Under the pieces are notes generated by a model, which was given only the letters and a program-made list of their open reading frames with translations, was not told the DNA's origin and searched no databases. The position numbers and the translations under genes were made by a program. Shown piece after piece: positions 26,690-40,839 of a DNA stretch of 64,000 nucleotides (position 1 is its first letter; each line of letters begins with the position of its first letter). The DNA is taken from the NCBI GenBank assembly GCA_958009085.1, contig OY253685.1, positions 558,001 to 622,000 of the forward strand, given 5' to 3'. The stretch is from Protoeuglena noctilucae. Its lineage: Eukaryota.

Positions 26690-29600
26690 ATGGATCACGA
26701 CGCGGAGAAATCGTCTCCCCGACGCCGGGCAGCAGCAGGCGCGCCCGCGGCGTCAGGATACTCGACGCACATCGCTGTGCAGCATCGGTGCGATATTTCG
26801 AACGCCATATGTATCGCCTCGTCGCCCATGCAGGCCTCAAGGCCGGGATAGACCGTCGGGAGGGCCTGGCAAAGGCGCTGCACAAGGTTCGTGAGGAAGC
26901 GCGCACCACGAAGCCGCCGAGCAAGAAGTTTCTGGACATATCCGAAGCGCCGTTGCTATATACCACGCCCGTGTCTCGCGCGCGGGCCGGGAGGAGGGCC
27001 ACCGCGCCCGCTGCCACCGAGTCTTCGCCCGTCCCTGCGGGCGGCGCCTCCCCCGACGCAGCGGCGAGCCCGGACGCCGCCCGGGCCAATTCCGAGGTGA
27101 GATGGCAATGTAATATCGATCCGCTTTACTGGAATGAATGCACCGATCCCTATCGCAGCGCAGGCAGGTTTTATGTCGCCGTGTTCGCACCGTCATGCAG
27201 GCTCCCTACGAGCCCAGCAATGGGGCCAAACCCCGCCGATCGCTGCCCCCCGTCGACGTCCACGCGTCTCTCACGAAGCGCCTGCGCAAGCTCCCCGCCT
27301 CGAGTCCTGTCGGCACCGTGGAGCGAATCACTCCGGCACGCGCCAAGCTGGGCATCCATTTGGGCGCCCCGGGGATCAAGGGCGGCACCGGAGTGCGGGT
27401 GAGGATATGTTTGTAGTCATTATTTCTTCATTTGATGGGGTGCAGGTAAACACAGCTGAACACAGGCGACAGCCACCCCGACCGGGCAGGCGACGTGATG
27501 CGATGCATTGCAGTCCTGATGCGACATCTGTATGGCTAACCAGATTGGGACTTGATCGTTGATCAAACTTTCGCCCGCAGCCCGTGACGGACGACATGGG
27601 CGTTCTGATTCACACCAAGACGCTGTCACGGTCCATCCCGCAAAACATGATCGACGAGGCCATTCCAGGGTGAGTGACTGCGGCTGCATTGGATGGGGTC
27701 TGATCTTGGCATGACGCATGTCTTGCTGCAATAATGCGCAACATGCTGTTCGGCTGTTCGCTACTAATCATCCTTCCATCGAATGGCATCGCTCTCGTAC
27801 CCTCGCAGGGACGTGTCCCCCCCCGCGTCGTCGCTGCCGTGCCTCGTGCCTGGGACGAGGAAGACATCCATGGGGGGCTTCTACACCCTGACGCAGGCCC
27901 TACTCTGGCGCGTCGTGCGACACCTGTCCATGGAGGTGAGTGCCGGGATCCAATTGCGAGACCTCTAAGTAGCCACAGTGAGACCCGCTTTTGGGTCGCA
28001 TGCAATTTCTTACCACATCGGTGTGAGTTTCTATCCACGAGCATCGTGCACGGCTCAACTAACGCACCCGCCATCCTGTTGTTGTGAGCAGGACGTGGCC
28101 CGGCTGATGCTGACGAGCAAGGACATGCTGACGAATATCCTTGGGTGCTTTTCGGACAAGCACCCCCTCGTCATCACCGACAGCGTCAAGGAGCTGTCCT
28201 ACGCGATGTGGGACGTGGGGTCACGCAAGTCCTGGCGCAAGACGCCACAGGTCAGAGAACGTGCTGACGCGCGACGTGCTGTCGGGGAGGCTCTAGCTCT
28301 AGTGACCTGAGACGCGCTGCGGAGGCGGACTGCGCTGCTGGGGCGGGCCTTGTGCGACATGGATGGACAAACGTGCTGTGACGAAAGGTGTCGTCGTTTT
28401 CAGCGGCTCTGCACCGATCTGTGTCTCATCTCCTCCGCAGGGCGTGGTGGAGACCTGGGGCATCCCCACTGCAAAGGACCGGGGCCACCCGGAGTCGGGG
28501 CCGGGAGGTCTTGCGATCGAGTGGCACCTCTCGCGCGCCCTGCCGACGGAGACGGCCGTGCGGGGATCCGAGTTCACGCCGGCCATACGCCGCTTCATCA
28601 TGGGGCCCCTCAGCTACCCCGTCAGGTGATGGGGAGAGCGTCGCTTGCCTCCGCATCAGTCTCGATGCGCTCAAGTTGATGGTCTTCTTATCCATCTCTC
28701 GAGTCTGCACGCTTGTAGCAACCACGCATCCACCATGTATCACTGTTTTCAAATCCTCTGATCATCTGACTTCCGTCCCAGGGACCTGGCGCTCCGAGTC
28801 ATGGCGTGCCGGATGCCCCACGCCCGCGAGCTCAACCTCCGCGTCCACCCGTCCGCCGACCTCGCCTACCTCCAGTTCCTCCCCAACCTTGAATCCCTGG
28901 TGACTGCTAACACGACCGGCCCGCTCCGATCACGCGCCCGCTGCAGCTTGACCTGCAAAGTTGGCCACCCGCGTCGACCCCTCCTCGCCGCTGGCGTCGC
29001 TCCCAGCCGCTCCGCTGATCTCCCGACGGTTGCTTATGATTACTAGTCACATGCGGACCGGACGATTCGCTTTCCCGTAAGCGCAGTCGCTGGATTCGCG
29101 GGCTCATGACTCGGAGGCGCAGCTGTCGGCCGAGAGCCTCTCGCGATTGCTGGCCGCGGACGCCGCGGACCTCTTCCAGAAGCAAGAGATTCACAAGAAG
29201 AGCCAGTGGGACGGATTCGGGTACTATCCGACCACGAAACCCGAGCCTCTCAAGTGAATGTTGCACAGCAGCAGCAGCAGCGGCAGCAGCAGCACTTTGT
29301 AGCAGACCTGCGCATGTCCCGTGTCACAGCAATATTGACTCGCCATGACCTCGCGCAGGGGCCAGCTGGTCTTCCTGAAGCTCGTCACGTCGGTGCGTGA
29401 GGGCCAGTGCGTGTTCGGCCCGGTGCAAGACCTGAGCCCGGCCGCTTTGGATTTGGACGTGACGGTCCTGGCCCCGGCGGAGCGGAGGATCACGGCGGTC
29501 GCGGAGAGGGATAAGCAGGCGAGGACATAACAGAGATAGATGGTAGAATGAGACGCGGTGGATGTGTCGACTGCACCACTCAATCAACAAGTGCACAAGC

Positions 29601-32600
29601 TATGTGATCCTTAGCGCTCTCGCCACCGCGCATGCATCTTATTATCCTCATTTCCTGATCTGTAAGGTACCCCCCATGCTTCCGCTGCAGGTGGGGGAGG
29701 TGGCCCTGGGTCGCCTTTCGGTGGAGATGGTCGAGCCCCTCACATCGCTGGCCACCACCCTCCAAGACCTGGTCTGGAACATCAAGTGAGCCATGCATGC
29801 GCTAGATATTTCTGCTACGATCGATACCCTCGCATAATTGTATCGATAACGTTGTTGACATTGATAATGTCGATAATATTTCAATATTGCACCATCTTAC
29901 CCTCGCATACTACAACCGACATCTCATGTAATCAGAACGTACTATATTGTATATGCAGGGCACTGGAGGTGGACCCGGCCGCGCTGGACATCATCACGGA
30001 ACTGCGATTCCTGCGGGGCCTCCGGATGGGCCCCAACGCCACCATTGGGGCCGAAGACCCCCCGAGGCTGCGGCAGTGCCTGGCCCTGAGGGCTTTGGAC
30101 TTGGCGCCGGTCGCGCTGCACAACGCGCTGTCGTCCAATCAGGTCATGCGGCTCATACGGTGAGAGCTGATGTAATGTAATGTGCTGTATTGATCGACTA
30201 GTCATAATTGGTCTATTCCGTCATGTGGTCATGCGGCGAGCCGTGTGAGAGTGAACGCGATGTGCTATTGTCACAAGTTGACAATATTTCACATAGCAAT
30301 TATGTATTAATCTTATGTACTAGATACAATTCCACGATTGATTCCCTACGCAGGGAGGCGTCGGCGTTGCCCCGACTCAAGTCTCTGACGGTGGCGGTGG
30401 CGGTGACGGAAGCGAGCATGTTTGCGCTTAGCTGCTGCTCGGCATTGCAGACGCTGACGGTGCACGACGCCACGAGGGGGGCGGCGGAGGGGGCGGGGGA
30501 GGGGAGCTACAGGTGAGAAGGGCGCGAGGGTGGGGGTGGTGACATATGTGTGAATATCTGTTGTGATGAATAGTTGTGATGTCTTCAATGCACATGGTTG
30601 CTGCGCAACGGTTCAGGTGAGGGTGCGAGAATAGAGGATGACTGCTGCTACAACTCACCAACCAACTGCGTTGATATTTTATTAGTAGTACCAAACACGA
30701 GTGGCACCTCACAACACATGATGGTTCTCACCCATCACTAACACCCATCCCCTCTCTTCCCCCCAGTCACCCGGTCAAGCTAAGCTCTCTGAAATTCCTC
30801 ACCTGCCTCCACCTCCATTTGAACGACCTCCCATCTTTGATGGGCATACGCGCCACCGCATCGCCCGTGTGGCTCAGGCCCATGTTCAAAGGTGATTGGA
30901 CATTATTAGTGGCGATGCGTCACGCAGGTGTGTGTCAAGTTATATAAATGTTAATATTATTATGATTTGTGAAAGATTTGTACCATATGTTGGTTTGCCA
31001 TTAGTACGGGATTTACCCATTTAATATCCATTTGTTGTAATTACTTATCCATATGTTGATTATTGAATTCCAACTCCTCCTCGCGTCCCGCTCGCCCCTC
31101 GCAGGCCTCCCCCGGCTCAAGGAGCTCCACCTTTCCAACGCGAGCCTCACCGAGGGCAGCCTGCCCGCGGTGGCCGCTTGCCCGCACCTCGCCAACGTCG
31201 CCCTGGTCAACGTGGGCATCGGGGACGTGCCAGAATCCGAGTGGCACGCCCTGGGCACCCTGACGGCCCTGTCACGCTTCCGCATCACCGGGCGCTTTAC
31301 GCAGACCCAGGCGTCGCTCGTCACGGATATCGATCTGTTGACTGCGAATCTGCAAGTGGCGCCCTGGTAGATGTTCGAGGCTCTAGGGTCCATGGGGAAG
31401 ATGAGGCATCTGACCATTGAGGCATTCAGCATGGACGGTGAGCAGTGCAGTATTATATGGTCATAATCATCGCTGGCGATGATAGGTGCTAACGACAATT
31501 TGGTAAAACCAGCGATCGGCGACCTTTTTTATATCCAATAGCTTTATTTTACTAGTAGGCCAGTGGCTAATCAACCACTCATCAACGACCCACTTTACAT
31601 TTCCACTCCTCCTGCTGTCATTCCCACATGTTCCACCGCCCTCCCCCGTCGCAGAGATCGCTGCCATCAAGGCGCGCTCTCTGGCCCGCCACTGCCTCCG
31701 GCACCTCTTTCTGACGCGAGTGCGGGTGCTCGACAGCAGCGCAAGAAACGCGATCCTCTTCAACCCGTGGCCGCCCCACTGCGACGTGAGACGGCGATTC
31801 GTGCTATGGGATGGGATGGGATGAGCGAGGGATTGTAACTGTCGTTGTTAGCATCATTGCTTTGTGTTGCACCGCTTGGCAGGGTAAGCTGCACGGGCGA
31901 GTTGAGAACCACCAGCCATCAATCGCATATGCTGATATTATATGTTGATACGACAACTCTCACTTACACCCACACACACCCCCGCAGGTCACCGTGGATT
32001 GTTTGAATCCCGGCCTGCCCCCCGCCCGCCCCATGCCCGCCCACCGGGCCCGGTCGCAACGAGGGGCGGGGGCAGCTGCGGTGGCCGGGGCCACGAAAGG
32101 AGGAGATTCCGCGAACAATGGCAATGGCGCAGCGAATGGAGAGACGTCGCGAATGTCTGGGCACGGGGAGGGGGAGGGTGAAATAACGGGGCCCTACTGC
32201 GATTTGACCATGCGACTATCGGCAGGGATATCGTTAGACGAGGAATTGGAGTTGGGGTGCGAGTTGGACGGAGATGATTTGGGAGATGGTGACGAGGGTG
32301 CGGGTGCGGGGGAGCGGGGTGGGGGTGGGGCGGGGCGAGCGGCGCAAGCAGTGGCGTCGGTAATGCGACGGGCGGGGGCGGGGGCGGGGGGGGTGCAGGG
32401 TGGTGCGGGGGTAGCGAGTGGGCGCGTGAGTCAGCGTTTGCTGGGCGGGAAGGTGCTGGCGGGGCCTGGGGGGTCGGTTGGTGGGGGTCTGAGCGGGAAG
32501 GGACTGGGGGTGGGGTCTGGGTCGGTGCGGAGGGTGGGGCCATCTCACAGCTCATCCACATCGGGAGCGAGGGGGGGTATGGGAGTGGGGGATAGAGGGG

Positions 32601-32683
32601 GTGCGGGTGTAGGGGATGGGGTGAGGGCACTGCCCAAGACGGCATTGCGAAGTGTGGTCAAGGCTACCTCCAAGCGACCGTGA
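26690..32683 (+). CDS. F-box / leucine-rich-repeat (RNI-like) protein, multi-exon
   Basis: F-box-like FYTLTQALLWRVVRHLSME|DVARLMLTSKDML (~27880-28130). LRR units LQFLPNLESL, LRFLRGLRM, LPRLKSLTV, LPRLKELHLS, LTALSRFRI and MGKMRHLTI. Gly-rich last exon ends with TGA at 32683. There is an in-frame TAA upstream of ATG 26690. Exons at 28900-29180 are unresolved. Confidence 0.7.
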
Positions 32684-32991
32684 TATGATAGAAGGGGTGT
32701 TGTGTGAACAGAGAGTGTCCATAACAGTGTTAGGAGTCGTTCCTATCTCGTTTGGTGACCATATCACGAGGGTCATGCCAGTAGCTGCACACAGTGTTGG
32801 CTGGCTGTAGTATGTGCCCACAGCGGTGCAGCACGTTCCGCTGTTGCCGTAGTCGTTTTTGCAGAACTGGCGGTGCTTTTGCACGCGTCGACAAGCCGAA
32901 TGGCCTGCCCGTCACCGCTCTACTAGATCTACAATTCAATACTGTGTCGCTTTCTTTCATGACCAGGCTCTTTCACAAAATCAGGCGCAGC

Positions 32992-32996
32992 TGTAA
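32992..32996 (+). terminator. Candidate TGTAA polyadenylation signal for the F-box/LRR gene
   Basis: TGTAA ~310 nt after the stop at 32683. Confidence 0.3.
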
Positions 32997-33147
32997 GACG
33001 TCACCCTGCGACATGCTGGCAAGTCCGTTCGATAGCACCCATTCACGCTACCCACTTTCGCGCCATCTGCAAGTGCTCATAAGTACGTGTCCGCTCATCG
33101 CCTGTCCGCCCATACTTCGCCCATCTCCTATCCGCTCATCTCCTGTC

Positions 33148-36100
33148 CTATTGCGGTTTGCTGGACGCCTTGATGCGCGCCAGCAGTGCCAGCCGCCCCC
33201 CCCGGGCCGAGAGGTGGTAGCGGAGGCAAATGCGGCGCAGCTGGCTGGTGGACAACTGCGGTGGGTGAGGGAGGAGAGGAAAGGGATTGAATTTGACCTG
33301 TGGTGGAGAGGTGGTCGAGTGGTGGTGGGTAGTACGATGAAATGGGCGACGATGGTGGGTGATGGTGACACACATTGGGTCCAAATAACTTGCCACTACC
33401 ACCCCTGCACCTCTCCCCTCCCCAGCACCTCACCAGGTTCAACACTGCGACGTCCACCGCAGCCAACGACACCACTTCCCCCTCCACCCTCCCACCACCC
33501 CCACCCACGCCACCGCCATCGTCAACCCCACCACCCCAATTGCCACCCCCATCACTCCCCCCCTCCTCATCCCCAAACCCATCCTCGTCCCCATCGCCCA
33601 CCACCCCACCATACACTGCCGTCTCTCCCTCACTGCCACCCTCGCTGCCACCCTCGGTGCCACCCTCGCTCCCCACCCCTGCATGCACAGTGCGGGTCAT
33701 ACCCCCCCTATCACCCATACCCATTCGATCACCCACACCGCCGCCCTCGTGTTTCTCTGGCGGCAGCTCCCACGCCGCCCCACGCCGCTCCTCGTCCCTC
33801 CACCACCCCTGACCCAGCTCATGAGTCAGGAGTCGCTGAGTCAGGTCGGCCTTGCTGCCAGAAATGCGGAGGCCGTAGCGGCGGGCCAGAGGGCGCAGGT
33901 CGCGCTCCACTGGGAGGGGGAGAGGGGTAGGGGGTGAGGGGGTTGGATGAATGTGGTTAATAGTAATAAGTAGTTACTATGTATGTCTGATGCAAAGCGA
34001 TGTGACGAACGTGCCTGTGGGAATGCCATCGATGCAAGGGACATTGATGCACATTGATGCGCACCATCTCGAATTCCAATCTCAGATTGTATTCATCCAA
34101 TGAACATGCTTACTCACCCGCCTTGGAGTCGGGCTCTTCTCATCACACCTTGGCCAGCGCATCGATCAATCAGTACCACCATCTATCACCAAGCATATCA
34201 TTTCATGCAAACCATTCCAAACCCCTCACCCGTCATGGCGTCCAGCTCTTCCCGCCTCGCCGCCGCCCACTCGTCCCTCGACGTCGCAAACCCAGGCGCA
34301 CGAGTGGACAGATACGTGGGAACGGGAGCGTCCTCGCTTGTGTACACATGGCCACCCTCGTTACTGTACAATACCGAGTCACCGCCACCGCCGATACTGC
34401 CACCGCTGCCACTGCCACCACCACTGCCACTGCCACCACCGCTCCCACCGCTGCCAACCCGCGCTGCGTCTCGCGAGGCGCTCCGCGACCCAGCGCTGCC
34501 TCCCCGGCCCCTCCCTCTGCCCACTCTCATCGCTTCTGCATAACCCCCCGCTACCGCACCCGACCCGCCACCCTCTGCCATCGCCGCCACACCCGTCCCA
34601 CGCACCCCCGCATCACCGCTCGCATCCCCGCCCCGCTTTTGCCGTATATCCATATCTGCTACCCCCCTCCCATCGGCACTTGCACTAATGGGCTCGCTTG
34701 CCCCAGAGACATCCCCACTCCTCGCCCCACCGTCCGCACCCGCATCCACCACCGCCCCTCGCCCCTCCAAACCCGCACCGCCCGACCTCTCTCCCTCGCC
34801 ACCACCCCTCACTCTCCCCTCCTCGCCCCTGCCACCCTCCCTGCCCCCACCGCCACCGCTCCCGTCACCCCCCGCACCCGCCCCCGCCCCACCCCCCCCC
34901 CTGCCGCTCGCTTTGGAGTTGCGACTAGTAGCTCCCGATTCCCTCTCTTTGTCTCCTTTCATACGCAACAGGATGTCGATCATCTCGCTCCCCTCGATGC
35001 TATGGCGTGCCCCATCCGCCCCTCTCTTCTCCAGCAACGCCTCCACGTCCCTCAGGCGCACCTGCGGGGCGGCGGGACGGAACGTGCTGTGTCAGAACGT
35101 GATGGTCTGTGACCATGTGCAAATCGCCATTGACCAAATCAGTGTGCCTTGCACCACCATGCCAATCCCGATCCTCTCAACCCAACCCAACCGTCTCACC
35201 TCCGGGATCGCCCTCAGCGCTTGAATGACGTCCTTGTCTAGCCCCAGATTCTCCAGCAAAGCCTCCTTAGAAGCACTTAAACTCTTCAAACCCTTGCCAC
35301 CCACCCCGCGCACCCCAGCCTCATTCGCAACCCCCTTGCCGCCGCTCACCGCCACCCCGTCCCGCGGGGCAGCGATGATGTCCCAAGAGCTCCCCACTCG
35401 CGCATCGCGATCCGGTGCACTCCCCTTTGCGTTAGTAGTAACGGGGGTAGAGGGCGAGCCGGGCAGGGCGGGCGGCGGCAGTGTGCGGTCGTTGCGCATG
35501 CGACCATCGCGGCTGTCCCGGTTACTGAAACTGTCACGATTGCCGATTATATCGCGATTGCCGATGCTCTCGCGGCGACCCTCGCTGGCCGGCGGCGTGG
35601 GTGACACGGGGCGCGCATTATAGCTCGATGCCGCCCCACCCGCACCGCTGCCGCTAAAAGGATCTCTCTTGCTGCGATCTTTCGCCAGCGATGACGGTGA
35701 CTGCGCCGCCGGCGATCCGCGGAAGACGGGAAGTGCGCTGATGGCAGCAGCGCGGGCGGCGAGCTGTGAAGCGCGGTCTTGTGGCAATGGTGCGCGGAGG
35801 GCAGGGGCTGGGTCTCGTGAAGCGGGGCTGCCTGCCGCAGTGCGGGGCTGCGGTGGGCGGGGCAGCGGCGGCGGGGAGGGGGGCTGCGATAGGGTGTCGG
35901 GGGCTGGGGTGGAGAAGGGGCGTTTGGTGCGGGGCGGGGCGGGTGCGGTGGTGGGAGAAGTGGAGGAGGTTGGGGTGGAGGGCGGGCGGGGTTGCGGGGA
36001 CCGGGAGCGATCGGCAGAGCTCGGCATGGGCTTGCGGGGGAGGCGGCTCCACTGCGGGTGAAGGTGGGGGTGGGGTGGGGTGGCAGTGGGGTAGCAATGA

Positions 36101-39100
36101 GCGTGGGGGTAGCAGTGCATGTACAGAAGCGCTTTTTGCTCGCTTCGTGCAACGCCACACACTTCGTGCTTCTCATCACACTTCGTGCTATGTTGCACGC
36201 ATCGTGCTGTGCGCCCCTCGCGCCCTCACCGGCGACGGCGCGGCCAGCAGCCCCTCCCTCTCGTCCTCGTCTTCGGAATATTCGTCTCGCGAAGATGCCG
36301 CAGTCGGCCGCGCCTCGTCGCCCAGCCGGCTCTGCACCGCCCTCTCATCCGCAGTTGCCGCCGCCTCCACCCCCACCGCCGCCAGCTGTGCCCGCAGCCA
36401 CTTGACCTTCGGCTCGATCGCCTGGATGGACCACTGCGATGAGATGAATGGGGATCGGATTCGATGGATAACGATACTAGCATGTGGTGATAGTGTGGTT
36501 ATACTGTGGGCTTGGGGAAGTACTGAGGACCACCTGAGCCAGGGAACACTTGATACATAGTGATAGACTATTAGACTAGTAATAGTTTAATATACCCATT
36601 CCCCGTCTCACGTCTTTGGTTTCCAAATATCCGTCGCTGCCCTTCGTTGACCCAAGGGACCGCCAAAAGTAGAACGGCACGCTGACCACCTCCCACCCCA
36701 TGGAGGCCATCAGGCGGCGGCGGAGGACGTGGTGGCCCAGGGGCTGCGGGGGATCGAACCCGGGACGCGTTGGTGACGAGTCGTGGGTCGCGAGGGATGG
36801 AGCCGGATTGGGAGGCTGACGGACGTGTGCATGTGTTGGTGGGAATGTTGTTGCTGAGCACGTTGCTTGCACCCAGCCCCGCTAACCCTATTTCCCTCGC
36901 CTGCTGCGTGTTGGTGGTGAAGTGGTGCGGCCCGTCCACCTCCACCGCGACCTTCTTGCCCGTGGGCGTCTTGATCGCGATGTCCACCGCAAACACGCCC
37001 CCCTCTGCCAGGAACTCGTTGGTGTGGTCCACGCCCATCGCAGACAGGAGCGTGGAGACCTCCAGGTGGAACGCCGACTGCAAGGGGTTCGAATATATAG
37101 TTGGTATTAGAAGTAGATTTGTATTTATATTTATGTCAAATTGTATACTACAGTGTTACAAGATGTGATCAGTACCGTGGCATTTCATGTGATGCAAGGA
37201 GCGTTCCCGCCAACCACTACCCCTATCACATCACCCTCGCATGCGCCATATACAGCACTCACCAGCGTGATGCATGCCCGGGTCCCCGCCACCCACTGCC
37301 CCCTGGCCACCCTCATGATGTCCTGCCGCATCCTGGCGTGCTCCGCTCCCCACGGCAAGGGCGACTCCCTTCTACGCTCGCACTCGTCCATCAATATAGC
37401 CTGGAACGCCTGGTGGAGCTGCTCGGGCAACAGGTGGTCCACGCCCACTGCGAGGAGGGGAGAGTGGTTGTCACAGACGGTACAAGAACCAGGTAAAGTT
37501 ACATTTTGCAGGTTCATCTCTGTAATTATCGACAAATCTGTCAGCGTTACCAGCGCTGGTATAACTATCACCATCAATGAACAATAAATAGCATTTGTAT
37601 CAATATTGATGATAAACATGGTCTCGCCTTGCGTGTGCAGGTGTTCGATCAAAACGTTGAAGATGGGCATCCTGGTGGCCTGCAGCACCGCCAGCGCCCA
37701 CAGCAGGTTGCTGATGCTCTGCTGACTGAACTCGCCCATTCTAGTCTCCAGGTCGGCGCATATGGCGGTGAGGGCGCGGCCGGGGTGGTGCCCCAGCCGC
37801 GCGAACGACCAGAGGATGGAGACGACCTCGGTGATTTTGAAGTTGCCGGAACGCTCTTGGAGCTGCGGGGGGTAAAGGGCCAGGGTAAATGAGAATTGAG
37901 GATTGTGGGATTAGTGGGCGTGAGGGAACGAAATGCAGGGTCGCAATCGTAGTCTGTGAACTATCATATGCAGTATACTTATCATATACTGCTGTCTGTC
38001 ATAGTCTAATCATCGCATCGTATCATATGATCTGATATCCTGCGCCCGCAAGTCACCAGCGTGGTGGCGGTGTCGAGCAGTGGGGCGTGGAAGTGCCGCA
38101 TGGTGGCAAATGCCCAGAGGATGTTGGCGATGGTCTGTGCGGAGAAGTCACTCGTGTTGCCGCGGGACACGCACTCGTCCGCAATCGCCTCCATCAGCTC
38201 TGCGGGACAGTATGACGATGCGGGAAGCGATACTAGCGATCGTGAAGTACGAAAGGCGATGCGGCTGTCGATTGCTATACTGCTAGTATAGTGTAGAACA
38301 ATGCAATAACTACCACAATGCGACAACGTTATCGTAATTACTAACCCATACAATTGCATTAATACAATCAATATACTATTACATTGCACGTGTGATGCAC
38401 GCAGCATCTCACCCGGCACGTAGTACTGCAGCCTCCCGTATGCGATGGCGAGGTTGCTGAGCTCCTGTCCCCCGAAATATCGAATGGTGGCCATGGCAAC
38501 TCTGGCAAGGGACCGGAAGAACCAATGGCATTGGAAGTCGAGGGTCGCGAAGGCCCAGGACATGTTGGCCATGGCCTGCGATTGATATAACAAGGGAAAT
38601 GGTGGTGTTGATTGATTAGTGGCACTGGAAGTCGAGGGTGGCGAAGGCGACAGAATTGTTCATACATGCAACGCTAAATGGAGGGCTGTCTTATCGATCG
38701 TTCACTACAACTACTCGACAGTCACTCACCTGATTGGAGAAGCTGTCAAGTTTGCTGGTCCCCTCGTCGGCCATCAGTTGCAAAAAGTCGGGGCGGAAGT
38801 GTCCCAGCGTTGCGTAGGACCAAGCCATGTTGGACAGTCCCTGGGGGCTGAAGTCACGCAGACCACGGCGCAGGCACTCCTGCGTGTGTGTGGAAGAGAT
38901 GGGGAGTTGAGGGTAAGCAAAGCAAATCATGGCGCAGGCACTCTCGCTCACTGTGCATGTGCCGATCCCACTCATATCTGCGCATGTGCATGTGCATCTG
39001 CTCAATGCAAACTTGTCCACAACAACCACTACTCCAACCCACTCACGTCGGCAACCGCGTCCATGAACGTGGCATCGTGCACCCCCAGCGTGGCCAGCCC

Positions 39101-40169
39101 CCAGCAGACATTCGACAGCTCTTGGCTGGCGAAGGAGGGGAGACGGGGGGTGGCGTGCTGGATGACGGATTTGAGGATGGGGAGGTGATTGGGGTCCGAG
39201 AGCTCCAGAGCGGCCATGGCCCAGGCTGCAAGGGTGGTGAGGGTGGCAGTGGCGGGGCAGGGAGGGGGGCAGTGAGGATGAGAGCGAGTGAGCAGCCAGG
39301 GTGCAAATGAGACGACGGTTGTGCAAGGCAACCGCTCATCACGTGCCCTGCAAACGCTCCCCCTCCCGTCCCACCCACACACCCAACCCCTCACCGGTGT
39401 TGGCCAGCTGCCTCCCATCCATCTCGTGCAGCCGCTCCTCGACCAACTTCAGCAAATCCCTCAGCTCGCGGCTGCCGAGGATGCCGGCCATGGCAGACGG
39501 CGATGAGCGGCTCAGCTTCCCCAACCGGTGCATCGCGGTGGTGATGTTCACCAAGTCGAACTTGGACCCATACTCCGCGACGAAACCGAGGATATCGCGG
39601 TAATCCCGACTCACGCACATCTCCTTGTTGATCTGTACCACCACCGCTGCGTGCGGGTTCGACATCGCGAGGCGTGTCGCGCGCGATGCGGCCTTCAGGC
39701 CCGGCCCGCGGGCTCCCCAGCCGCCGCGATGGGAATTACTCGACCACCGGCCGCGACTGCCGTTCGGAGAGCGAGCGCCGGGGGCCGAGCGGGACGGGAA
39801 AGGCGAGCGGGAGCCGGACCGGCGTGATGGCCCCGGACTGTCGTCGTCCCCGACGCCCGATTCCGGGCCGCGCCACCCGCCGCTCGGCGATGGACTCTTG
39901 CGCGCGTCGCGCTGCCAATCGCCGGCGCGCTCTCCTCGCGGCGCGCCCGGCCGCTCGCGGGGACTCTCGGGGCGCTCACGGTCCGACGCTCCGTCCCCGC
40001 GCCCGGCTCCAGGGCCCGGTCCCGGCCGCGGCCACTCCGAGCCACGCTGCCGGGAGGAAGAGGCGCACACCGCGCATCCGGCGCGCGGGGTAGGCCCGGG
40101 CCGCACGGGGTCGCCCAGCAGCTGCTGCCTGTGCCCCGCGCGAGCGGCGCTCGCTGCCACAGCGAACAT
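33148..40169 (-). CDS. FAST/OPR-like helical-repeat protein with RAP domain and two C-terminal SAP-like domains; probably an organellar RNA-binding protein
   Basis: Repeats FASQELSNVCWGLATL, FSPQGLSNMAWSYATL, FGGQELSNLAIAYGRL, FSAQTIANILWAFATM and FSQQSISNLLWALAVL. RAP domain VAVEVDGPHHF..LRRRLMASMGWEVVSVPFYFW. In-phase exons continue (36433, 36051, 35061, 33912, 33255) to SAP-like motifs and TAG at 33148. Confidence 0.78.
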
Positions 40170-40839
40170 CCAATCACGTCGATACCGTCAAGCTGTCGAC
40201 GCGCATGCCCCAGCGTCCACCGCGTCGAGACGTCGGCCCGACGCCCGCGAGCAGCACGGGCGCCCCACCGCGCGAGCTGCCGCGCTTCCGCGGCGACGCC
40301 CTCTGGTGCGCGACTGAGTAGGACAAGCACTCTACTCTCGACACATCAATTCATGCCCAAATGCGATAACCGCGACGGAGGGGCTGGATGCCCGAGGGAT
40401 GATGACGGGGCTGAGCGACAGATGCCGGCGGGGTCCCGAGCCTCGCTAGGTCAGCTACTGTTTCTTCAGGAGATGCAGAATAGTGACGCTTTAGCCACGA
40501 GACCCGAGCAGTGCACACGGCGCTGAGCGATGCGCACTGGCCTGGCGCCGCGCAGGAAACTTCATCAGCTTTGGGCTCAGGGCTGCTGTTGGGCGAAGTA
40601 CCTCCATCATAATTCCGCGCAAGCAGGAGACGCTCCTTGCGTAGGAGCGACGTCTTGGTGGCAGGCCTGCTCATTGCTTTTCCATTACCACCTCCTGAGC
40701 GCGATCCCAGAAACGACGCCGTGCCTTGTTCATTAGCCCGGCGAAGGTCATTGCCCCGGCGTGCCGCTGCCGAGCGCGGCACGGCTAGAACCGTCAACCG
40801 CTGCAGGCTGTCGTCCGTAAGAGGAGCGTCGCAGCGGCA

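Noticed and set aside
31311..31370. In-frame TAG inside the LRR region, suggesting readthrough or a TAR=Gln genetic code
   Set aside because: Removing a 60-nt GC-AG intron (ending at this TAG) restores a 24-aa LRR period. No in-frame TAA/TAG was seen in conserved exons of PEPC, CHD or PRCP, and two genes appear to end in TAA/TAG.
34118..34149. Possible micro-exon GVMRRARLQG in the RAP/SAP gene
   Set aside because: Its exit phase does not match the next exon; skipping it gives an intact SAP-like motif
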